From assembly GCA_946965045.2 (NCBI GenBank), contig OX337236.1:2790001-2854000 (forward strand): a DNA stretch of 64,000 nt, read 5' to 3'. The notes below the pieces were generated by a model. The model ran no database searches. It was not told where the DNA came from and saw only the letters and a list, made by a program, of their open reading frames with translations. The DNA comes from Epithemia pelagica. Taxonomy: Eukaryota > Protista > Bacillariophyta. The translations under genes and the position numbers were made by a program. Positions 49,563 to 58,987 of this stretch are shown here, piece after piece (the first letter of the stretch is position 1; each line of letters opens with the position of its first letter).

Positions 49563-51755
49563 TGGTTCCTCCTCTTTTCTTCATCGTCGTCATCGTGTCG
49601 CGCGTGGACCACGACTGCAGTCGCGCACACGTCCAGTAGGAGCTACCCAAGCTATGTATAGAATGGGGATCTACTAAACCAAAGTATCCAACCACACGTT
49701 GGCCGAACCAACGGAGAAACAAAACCAGTTGCAAACAGCAAACAGCAAACCCACACCCACCACACATGAGACACACGTTTGGGGGAGACTTTTGCCAGTC
49801 GTGCTTCCATCAGCAGCAGCAGTCTCGATTCTCGATCCCCATAAAAATCTGTGCAGTCAACGTTTGCAACCAGGCCATGACACTTCAAGAACAAGCAGGG
49901 CAGTCGGGCCTTGTCCTTTGCGATGAGAGAGAAGAATGGAATACTAACGATTGGCCTCCTCTTGCGTTTGAATGGCCTACGCTTCATGCTTTGGTTGTAC
50001 TCGAACATGCCCATCCGAACGACGAGAACCACCACAAGAAGGGACAAACAGTCGTCGTCCTGATGGGAGGAGAACGAGGTTGTCAAGATGCCAGCAATTC
50101 CGTTCTTGTCTTGAATTTAGCAGACCCAAACAAGCAGTGGCGAGAAGGTCCGACCATGAATAAGGGTCGTGAAGAACATGCCGCTGTTGTGTGCAACGGA
50201 GCCGTCTACGTGATGGGAGGAAGCAATGGAGCAGATTTGGATTGTATGGAACGGATTGATGCCAATGATTTGCTGCAATCATTTTCTACAACAAGCAGCA
50301 CACATGAAAGCAATTGGACGACATTAAATTGTCGGTTATCCACAAGAAGAAATGCCTGTTGTGCTGTTGCGGTGCACAACCGATATATTGTTGTGATGGG
50401 TGGCTGTGACGGGTGGAAAGACTTGTCGTCGGTCGATATTATGGATACCCGCAACCACACTGTCATTGCAGGACCATCCATGAACGTTCCTCGATCATAT
50501 TGTGGCAGTGCGATCATTGGTCACCGCATCTTTGTCGTTGGGGGGCAAAACGATGATGGCCATCTTGACTCTGTGGAGTATTTGGACTTTGCAGAGGAGA
50601 GAAAAGATGACACTTTGTCTACAGTCATTCCCTTTTCGTCTAGTTGGATCACTCATTCGGAGTTGAGGCTTTCCGAACTTCGAGGTTCCTGTGCAATGGT
50701 TGCTGTGGGATCGTGTCTGGTGGTGGCGGGAGGAGAAGACAATCCAACCGTGGAAGTCTTGGATACGCACCGCAACCGCGTGTGGAATCTCCCACCAGTC
50801 GGAGAAGCCCATGTTGACTGCAATATGGTGACTGTTGCCAATGAAGTTGCCGTGATTGGTGGACGGCACAATCCTTCCTGTGCGACATTACCACTAATGG
50901 ACAAGAATACATGGTGCTTTCGTCGACTCTGTGAGCAGCCTCGAAACGAATGGTATCATTGTTTGGAAGGAATTGGTATCCGAGATGTCAATTTGCCATC
51001 CTGCGCCAATCAAATCGTAATCGACTGAGGACCAACGTGAAACGTGCCACAGCCGTCACATCAAAAACAGAGTAAGCAATATCATGGAATTGTCATGTTT
51101 ATGTCACGAGATTTTAAGCTCTGATAGAGATCACGCCACTCCTAAGTTACGTTGTTAATCCTATTAGAAAATGAACAGCTCCAACTCACTGTAGGAGTGG
51201 CTTGCTCTGTTGAAAAGACATACAGTAGACAGGGATCAACGAGCAACTTGTAGCATGTTTTGAAGGTATCCACCTTCTATAGCATATACGACTGCACATG
51301 AATTTCCTCCTGATGCCATGAGGTTTGTGATACCAGATTCCTCCTTGTCGCCATGGTGATCGGTATGATGCACGCGTCCGCCATGGTCAGCTATCAGCAT
51401 TTGGAGATCTTGGTATTCTAGAGTACGAGGCTTTTCATGCATTTTCTTTATCACCTCCATTCCTTCTGTCCGATGTTCCACCTAGTACAAAGGCAAAGTT
51501 CACGGTGCATCCTATCCAGCCCTTTGAGCCTCTTGTCCTGCCACTTGTCCCTTCTCTCCAAGAGTTGGAAGTGACTTCCAACTGGGTCCAGTTACCAGAG
51601 CATGATCTTGGCTAGGGCTTACAAACCTTTTCTACTCGTAGTACGTTGCCAAGAACAACCCAAAAGTGGGGAGAAGAAGAACCCGTTTTCCCAGAATGTC
51701 CGCTAGTGTGGTAGAACTACAAAGAGAACCGTCCGGTTCGGTCCAACGCCGGTAT
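49563..51755 (+). repeat. Copy B of the 2.2-kb segmental duplication
   Basis: About 99% identical to copy A over the last 1 kb, with clustered differences inside the Kelch CDS. Confidence 0.95.
49877..51028 (+). CDS. Kelch-repeat-only protein, copy B (ORF opens at 49766; likely start 49877)
   Basis: Same motifs as copy A; 3 aa shorter in the divergent block. Confidence 0.9.
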   Translation: MTLQEQAGQSGLVLCDEREEWNTNDWPPLAFEWPTLHALVVLEHAHPNDENHHKKGQTVVVLMGGERGCQDASNSVLVLNLADPNKQWREGPTMNKGREEHAAVVCNGAVYVMGGSNGADLDCMERIDANDLLQSFSTTSSTHESNWTTLNCRLSTRRNACCAVAVHNRYIVVMGGCDGWKDLSSVDIMDTRNHTVIAGPSMNVPRSYCGSAIIGHRIFVVGGQNDDGHLDSVEYLDFAEERKDDTLSTVIPFSSSWITHSELRLSELRGSCAMVAVGSCLVVAGGEDNPTVEVLDTHRNRVWNLPPVGEAHVDCNMVTVANEVAVIGGRHNPSCATLPLMDKNTWCFRRLCEQPRNEWYHCLEGIGIRDVNLPSCANQIVID

Positions 51756-53028
51756 GATGGAACTCATCAGGGAAAAAAGAGTTTGTAGTCATTGCAACTC
51801 ATCCCCCTTCATGCGTGGTTGAAAAGACCAAGGGATATATCGCTTGAAAAGAGATTGTGTGCACCGTTATGGACTTTTACGGCAAGACATGGTTTTGCTG
51901 CAAAGATCATTGGACCTGATCAAGCGGCCTTGCCCTTTTGCATCTTGTCCTACCGTTGCATCCCTTATTGGATGGAGATCGCATCGCTTGGATCCAAACA
52001 CAAGTGTCTTTGTAGTAAGAACTCGCTCTAGAACCGCGATGGGGGCACGTCATTATCCAAGTGATAGACAAAGGTTTTCTTGGCATTGCCATGATTGACC
52101 ACATCACATGTGGACTAATGTAAGAAATTTGTGGAATGTAGGAGGACCCTGTTGAATCGTGTTTGTCCCCTGGTTCGTTCGATCTTTGGTGTTGCATTCG
52201 TCCAAGTTTCTCTCCATCTAATGTGGCTCGTTGAAGCAAAACCAGCAAATGCGGAATGGATGGTTCCTGGACGGCAATGTTGCGATGCTTAGAGCGAAGC
52301 TCTAGCGTACGACAATTTTGTTTGTAGTCCTGAAGCAAATCCGTGGCACGCTGGTCCATGTCATGGTGATACTCACCACGAAATGTATGATTCGCATGGC
52401 TCTCTGTGGTGGTGGTGGTGGTGGTACTACCGCTCTTTGGATGCAAGCGATTGGTCTGTCAAAATTGGAAAATCTCCATAGTACCGTACCTGGATCGATT
52501 GGGCCAACTTCCAAAAGCCCCACCAGTAATAATGAGGGGGAAAGACTTCGACAACGGCGGCGCCTCGTTTCAAAAAGAGGAGATTGGTCGATGCCGCCCC
52601 GTGTGAAACAATGACAACGGATTGTCGGAACCAGGTAAATTGTTCGAGGGGTGTCATGTCATTCATGGAGACTTGTTCTACGACAGCCTGTGGATAAGCC
52701 TTGCGAATGGCTTGTTCTAGTTCGTCCATGTTCCCAATGCGACGCGTCGACAACCGATTGACCAATCCAATGCGGAGTGTGCGGTCAGTGTCTTGCAAGG
52801 CATTGTCGTTTGGGATCTCACTATCTCGTGCTTGCTGGTCGTAGCATTCCTCACAATACGAGATGCCTTCTGATGGATGGTTTTAAAGGGAGTAGCAGGA
52901 GCAAGACGTTTTTGTAATTCGTGTGCGTAATGAGGATGCCAAAAGAATCGGTAACCGGTGGAATCATCAGGGTTGGGTCGGAACAAGTAATGTGTATGAG
53001 TGGCATTGTTCCGAGGAAGCTCATGCTC

Positions 53029-53096
53029 ATTATGCACAGTTGTCGTGGAACGGTCAGATGCAAATTATGCACAGTTGTCGTGGAACGGTCAGATGC
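53029..53096. repeat. Tandem duplication with 35-bp period that frameshifts the GT61 gene
   Basis: ATTATGCACAGTTGTCGTGGAACGGTCAGATGC occurs at 53029 and 53064. Confidence 0.95.
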
Positions 53097-53512
53097 GTAG
53101 GTGCTGTTGTCGTTTTGATGATTGGACAGAAATAGTTCACCCGTTTGGGATGAAACATTGTACTGCGTGTAGGAGTAGGTGCAGTTCATCAACTCTAAGA
53201 TCACGGCGGCTCGCCAATCCTTGCTCACAGATTTTAATGCCCTTAGGTTGTCCATGTTGATATGACACTGATAGTTGATATTTGGAGGAGCTGTCCAGGA
53301 CGACAACACGGTGTCGTTCTTTTTGTTTTCTCGATACTCATCATTTTGTGCTTTCTGGAGTTTCTCTTGTTTGAATTGGGAAAAGGTCCAACACTGGCTC
53401 AATGCTTGAAGTGCGTGAGGGAAATGAAAAAACTGGTAGGTCGTCTCTCGGTCCAAAAAACACCACAAAACAATGGTTCGAGGGGTTTTGTTTGCGTCCT
53501 TCAAGTCAAGGG

Positions 53513-53514
<2 letters not shown>

Positions 53515-53558
<44 letters not shown>
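53515..53558. repeat. (GT)22 microsatellite inside the GT61 pseudogene
   Basis: Read directly from the sequence. Confidence 0.97.
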
Positions 53559-53559
<1 letters not shown>

Positions 53560-54317
53560 GAAAGGTTCTTGTGACGCCACTGAAATGAGTGATTGCGTTC
53601 ATTGTGTGAGCCCTCGAGCCGCGGTATTCTAGACGAATATTTTGCAATACAAAACTTGTAGTGGCCTCGGCTCGAATCGTTTCGTCGTCCCGGTTCCAGA
53701 TTTCTCAAATGCTTTGTTGAGACCACCAAAAGGTGCTTCCCATGCAAAAGACAAAACTAATCACCATCACAACACGACCGACCGGTCGATTTTGTTGTTT
53801 TCTTTGGCGAAATGAATCTGCTTGGCGGTGCATGGTAATGTCTTCTCGGAAGAATTTGGGAATAATCTCATGGTGTGGTTGTCTTGATTGTTGTTATTGG
53901 TTGGTGGCTTTTGAAACGAACATACTAGTAGCGAGGTGCTGCAAATAGGCTCATGATGACAAAGAGTCGGCCTCCAACAACGAGAAACGAAAATTTCACC
54001 CAGATGTCGAAAAATGTGGCACAGACGAGAAGAATTCGTGCCAACACTTGCCAAAATTGTGAGACGCATAATTGTTGTGGATCGCCCTGCTCTGCGTCTA
54101 CACAAAATCTACACCTTAACGGATAGGAGTACATTTCAGAGAACCTCTGGTACAGCCCTACACTTACGAGTAGTTTCGTTACTTAAAGGTTTAGGCTTAA
54201 GCGGGACCGGACATTAACAGGATCAAGACCAAAAGCCTGATTGGGTCTGCGTTTCATTTCGTCTGTCCGTCTGCACAGCGTCGCGGCAAAATCACAAAAG
54301 CATGTCTGTTCAATTCT

Positions 54318-55523
54318 ATGTCAACATTTCGGACCATGACAACGACACTGCGAGAACAAGCGCGACAAGGGGGCCTTGTTCTGTTAGACGAGACACCTGA
54401 ATGGAATGAAAACGACTGGCCTCCTCTCCAGGGTGGATGGCGTTATCGTCATGCAACGGTCGTACTAAATCATTCCGATAACGACGACAACTACAACAAC
54501 ATGGGGCAGACGGTTGTCGTGATGGGAGGATATCAATCAGGCCAAGGCGAGTTCGATTCCGTTCTTGTATTGAATTTGGCAGAATCCAATAAGCAGTGGC
54601 GAGAAGGGCCAACCTTAAACAAGAAACGTGATGGGCATGCCAGTGTTGTGTGCAACGGAGGGGTCTATGTGATGGGAGGAGACAATGCACGTTCAAGGTT
54701 GGATTCTATCGAACAAATTGATGCCAATGACTTGCTACAAGCATCTTTCACAAACAGCACCACACATGAGAGTCATTGGACGACATTGACATGTCGATTA
54801 TCAACGGGACGATTTGGATGCTGTGCTGTTGCGGTCCACAACCGATACATTGGTGTAGTGGGTGGCCTTACCGATTGTTGTTTGTCGTCGGTGGATATTA
54901 TTGAGACCCACAACCACGCTGTTACAGCGGGACCAAGCATGACTGTTCCTCGATTATTTTGTGGCAGTGCGGTTATTGGCCACCGAATCTTTGTCGTTGG
55001 AGGTCGTAACGAGCATGGCAATCTTGACTCGGTAGAGTACATTGACTTTGCAATGCCTTGTGATAATGAGAAGCCAAAGGAGGAAATGGCTCCTACAGTC
55101 ATTTCCTTCTCATGGAGATGGACCACTCATTCTGATTTGGTGCTTTCCAATGCACGAAGTTCATGTGCAGTGGTTGCCGTGGGATCTTGTCTGGTGGTGG
55201 TGGGAGGACTACAAAATCCAACTGTGGAAGTATTGGATACGAGCCGTAACCGCCTGTGGAATCTCCCACCATTTGGGAATGACCGCTATTGCTGCAGTAT
55301 GGTGACTCTTGCGGATCAAATTACCGTGATTGGTGGATGGGGGTGTCCTTCCTGTGTGACATTACCACTACTGGACAAGAATTCGTGGTGTTTTTGTCGA
55401 CTCAGTGAGCAGCATCCAAACGGATGGTACCAGTTCCGGGAAGGAATGGGTATCCGAGATGTGAATGCAACATCCTGCTCTATCTCGACATCCAATCGTA
55501 AACGAGTAAAGACCGATCCATGA
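54318..55523 (+). CDS. Kelch-repeat-only protein, copy C (more diverged paralogue)
   Basis: Same architecture as A and B (LREQARQGGLVL..WPPL, WREGP, CRLST.R, LPLLDKNSWCF.RL.EQ.P.GWY). Confidence 0.92.
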   Translation: MSTFRTMTTTLREQARQGGLVLLDETPEWNENDWPPLQGGWRYRHATVVLNHSDNDDNYNNMGQTVVVMGGYQSGQGEFDSVLVLNLAESNKQWREGPTLNKKRDGHASVVCNGGVYVMGGDNARSRLDSIEQIDANDLLQASFTNSTTHESHWTTLTCRLSTGRFGCCAVAVHNRYIGVVGGLTDCCLSSVDIIETHNHAVTAGPSMTVPRLFCGSAVIGHRIFVVGGRNEHGNLDSVEYIDFAMPCDNEKPKEEMAPTVISFSWRWTTHSDLVLSNARSSCAVVAVGSCLVVVGGLQNPTVEVLDTSRNRLWNLPPFGNDRYCCSMVTLADQITVIGGWGCPSCVTLPLLDKNSWCFCRLSEQHPNGWYQFREGMGIRDVNATSCSISTSNRKRVKTDP

Positions 55524-56829
55524 TTGTCATTGAAATGTTGAACAGGTTGCACTGCCATGAAACCGGAAACTATATCCTGGCCATTCGTAAAAAAAAGCAA
55601 ATAATGTCAATCCGAAGCTACGTTGCAAATCCAATGAATGAATAAAAGCTCCTTCAAATCATTGCAGCTCGTTGCATGGTTTGCGTCGCATGGTTTGCGT
55701 TCACATTTTGTCGCATAGGACCGCACATGAATTTCTTTCGAACTCTCTTTCTCTCCTGCCACACTAATCTCCATTCCTGTCAACAGCAAGAACTGGCTAG
55801 GAATGGCACTGTGCTAGAGTAGAGAGTAAGGAGTAGGTAGTACTACAAACGAGTTGGATAGTTGCTCGTCGACTTTAAGAGTTATAAGAGGACCATGTGG
55901 TCCTGAAATCTTCTACTATTCGACCATATATCGCATGGGTAACAAATGCTTTGGGTGCCACAGCCGTAATCATCCATAGAAATTCATTCTATCAAATGGG
56001 ATTTCCGTGGTTATTCGAAAGGAATCCTCCATTTTTGGTCATGACAACAACAACGAATATTACAAGGCATTGGTGATTCACAACGACGACAGCGAAAATC
56101 AGCAGCCACAGCAACACCACGACCAGTAAGAAATATCACAACGAAAAAAGCTGACTTGGACGCTGCAGTCGGTTGCAATGGGTCCGTTAAACGTGACAGA
56201 TATGCGATGGTGGTTTTGGAGTCCTGACATCAAGTCTGGCCCTAATCTTGTCTGATATCTCACCCTTCTCTTCCTCGACTACGCATCGTGGTGATAGAGG
56301 AAAGGATCAAGCCTAGGCGTTTTGTTCTCAAGTCGTTGACTTGTTTTCTACGTTCGATTTGAACGCGCTTTCCCAGTCATACAAGGGAGTCCAAACTAGA
56401 GTTGGGGTATGACCGACCGCGTTGCATTCATTAGAGAGCTCCTCGCCCCCAGCCCATAAATCCCTACCTACTAGAGCTTGTAGATCTATTTTTAACTCGT
56501 CTTGTCCGCTTCGGTCTGTAGCTCCGAATCACCACCACTATCATGACTCATGGGTGCTGCGGCTGCTGAATGAACTTTGTCGAGAGAATTTCAATGAGCG
56601 AGTCTTCACGTTCGTGATGGCAACTAAGGAATTAGTTTTGGGTGACACGCGTATTGCGGGCCCAGAAGAAACATGAAGTTGTGAGGTTGCGGAGCTTATG
56701 GAACGTGTTTCCTTGTATCGGCTTGGTAAAATAGTCAGCCCACTTAAATGAAAATACCGATCCAACAAGATAATATAATATGCATGTTGATTCCTTTCCA
56801 TCATGTGTTGACTTTCTTCTTCTTCTTCT

Positions 56830-58563
56830 TTATTCATGACACCGATGCCGATCTTTCCAAAACCAATCCCGATCGTCTGGATTGTAGTATTGTGTACCTT
56901 CCGGTGACAAGGTTTCGCCTCGGGTTTCCATTACGTGTTGCACCGCTTGTCGAATTTCCTCCTCCACATAGTCCATGGTCAAGTATTTGGGGGGCCATGT
57001 TTGCCATTCCGGTTGGGCCAAGATTTTTGCAAACCGCGGCCATTCTTGTTCCAAATAGTCCTTGGTAATATTGTGCCAATGATCCACGTACAAAATGGGC
57101 ACCTCCGTTTCTGGTAAATGAAAATACCGATCCAACAAGTCTCGATAATAGGCATGTTGGCGCCATACGATTGGTACCGATCCTACATACAAGCTTTCCC
57201 AAAAGCGATAACAATCCATTTTTTGGCCTCGAGGGGCCACGGTATACTTGTGTTGCGCCCAGTCGCGATAGACGAATCGACTGGCTTGCTGCCATTCCGT
57301 AGGGGTGTATTTCCGACGGACACCCCCACGGGGATTGGGCACATAGTCATAAAAACCACCTTCCGTACAGGTGGTATTGAGACGCAACGTTTCGGTACTA
57401 TTGCAACAATGTTGAAAAGGTTCGGTTTGGAATTGGGCCTTGAAATTATAGGGAGAGAAATTGACCAACAACAATTTGGTATATCGTTGTGGTCCTGCTT
57501 CTTGTGGTTGTTGTAGGACACGGGGTGATTCGCTGTATGTTTCAGGAGTTGTTGTGGCCGCGGAAACAAGGGACGAAACATTCCGGCGTAAACTTGTCAT
57601 GACATCGACGAGCGCTGTCCCTTGATCCAGTTCTGGATTTCGAATCAAACCAAGCGGCAATGTATACAGTTTTTCTACTTGGTAGGGATCCTGGCGATTC
57701 ACTTCGACACTGGAAGCATAAATGCGAATCAAATTCGGATCTTGCAGCAACCGTTGCATAAAAGGAAGTGAATAATCAATGACCCATCCCGTGGCAAAAA
57801 TGATATAGGGCCGTTTCAAATTTCCGGGAAACATGGTCATTTGTCGCCACAAGTGGTGGACATCTCGCATGGTATACAAGTAGATAATGAAAATGGGTGG
57901 AAAACACTCATTCCAAAATTGTTTTTGGGTAAAATCCAACAAGGCTTGTGCCGGTTTCCAATGGTTGGTATCAATATCGGCCAATTCTCCATAGGCGCTA
58001 TTGGATAACAAATAGGGTCCACTCGGATCGACGCGCGTCGGAAACCGACCAGTACGAGGATCGACCGTACTGTGACAACGAGACTCACATTGTTTTGGGA
58101 ACACCCAGGTCCGGTTGTTGAAATTGTATATGGTCGAGAAGAAAACACTTTGACTGCTGTTTCTTGGTGTAGGAATGAGATGTTGTTGTTGTTGTTGTTG
58201 TTGTTGTCGGTTTCGTGCCAAACTGAAGTGAGCCGCCGCCATGATGCGTTGTTGGGCCGTAAATGTCGAACTTTGATTGGTGGTTCTTGTCGAGAAGTGG
58301 TGAAAGTCGGGCGATGACAAAGAAGAAGATTGTAGCGCAGTAGGAGCAACCTCCATTTTGGAATCATTCTTGGTGGTGTCCACGAAAGACGCATCGTCGT
58401 CTGTTGGTACTATTAGCCAGGATAGATCGGTTGATGACAACGACGGCACCAAGTGCCGCTGTGGAATCATTTCGTCATGGAGAGATCTGCGAATCAACAG
58501 GACACTCACAAGGACACTGAGTGCCATCCAATAAAGACTGAACCGGACACTGTTTCGGTACAT
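56830..58563 (-). CDS. Exostosin/GT47-like type II membrane glycosyltransferase, intact paralogue of 8353-10104
   Basis: 577 aa with an N-terminal TM and APRGQKMDCYRFWESLYVGSVPIV; collinear with the split copy. Confidence 0.85.
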   Translation of the reverse strand: MYRNSVRFSLYWMALSVLVSVLLIRRSLHDEMIPQRHLVPSLSSTDLSWLIVPTDDDASFVDTTKNDSKMEVAPTALQSSSLSSPDFHHFSTRTTNQSSTFTAQQRIMAAAHFSLARNRQQQQQQQQHLIPTPRNSSQSVFFSTIYNFNNRTWVFPKQCESRCHSTVDPRTGRFPTRVDPSGPYLLSNSAYGELADIDTNHWKPAQALLDFTQKQFWNECFPPIFIIYLYTMRDVHHLWRQMTMFPGNLKRPYIIFATGWVIDYSLPFMQRLLQDPNLIRIYASSVEVNRQDPYQVEKLYTLPLGLIRNPELDQGTALVDVMTSLRRNVSSLVSAATTTPETYSESPRVLQQPQEAGPQRYTKLLLVNFSPYNFKAQFQTEPFQHCCNSTETLRLNTTCTEGGFYDYVPNPRGGVRRKYTPTEWQQASRFVYRDWAQHKYTVAPRGQKMDCYRFWESLYVGSVPIVWRQHAYYRDLLDRYFHLPETEVPILYVDHWHNITKDYLEQEWPRFAKILAQPEWQTWPPKYLTMDYVEEEIRQAVQHVMETRGETLSPEGTQYYNPDDRDWFWKDRHRCHE

Positions 58564-58987
58564 TGTGTTTTCGCCTGTGGTCGTGTGTGGATTGTTGGGG
58601 GGAAAGGGATGGAAAAAATGACGGCGAAGCCTCGCTGAAGAGAGACGCCACGCGTTTTACCGTTTTTTCTTGGCTTTCGTCCATACCGACTCGCTACTCG
58701 TACACTTTTGGTCTTGATAAGGCCATGAGGCGTATAATAATATTATGTAAGGGCTGGGGATACCGATCCATGTACATCTAAGTAGGCTCAGTACATTAAC
58801 CTACCCTTACGTTGTATCGCGCCCTTTTGTGTCTACTGACTGTGTACTCGTACTCGTATTGGCAGTTTTGGTCGGGAACAAGTTTTTGGTCTTGCAACAA
58901 GCATGCATCGAGGATGCGCATCCGCGTCCGCGAGGTTTACACTAGACTAGGTAGTCTAATAGGAGTAACTCTGCAACCACAACCACC

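Larger units (their letters stand above)
51907..53833 (-). pseudogene. GT61 (DUF563)-like glycosyltransferase pseudogene; 3' end uncertain
   Basis: ATG at 53833 and TM (VVMVISFVFCMGSTFWW), then TGA at 53705-53707. FFHFPHALQ and IGLVNR..TRRIGNMDEL...MTPLEQFTWF...VSHGAASTNLLF...AVVEVFPPHYY lie in different frames. Confidence 0.8.

Noticed and set aside
43743-51755. Duplicated Kelch unit as a Helitron or TIR transposon
   Set aside because: There is no TIR, TSD or TC...CTRR ends, and no transposase or Rep/helicase.
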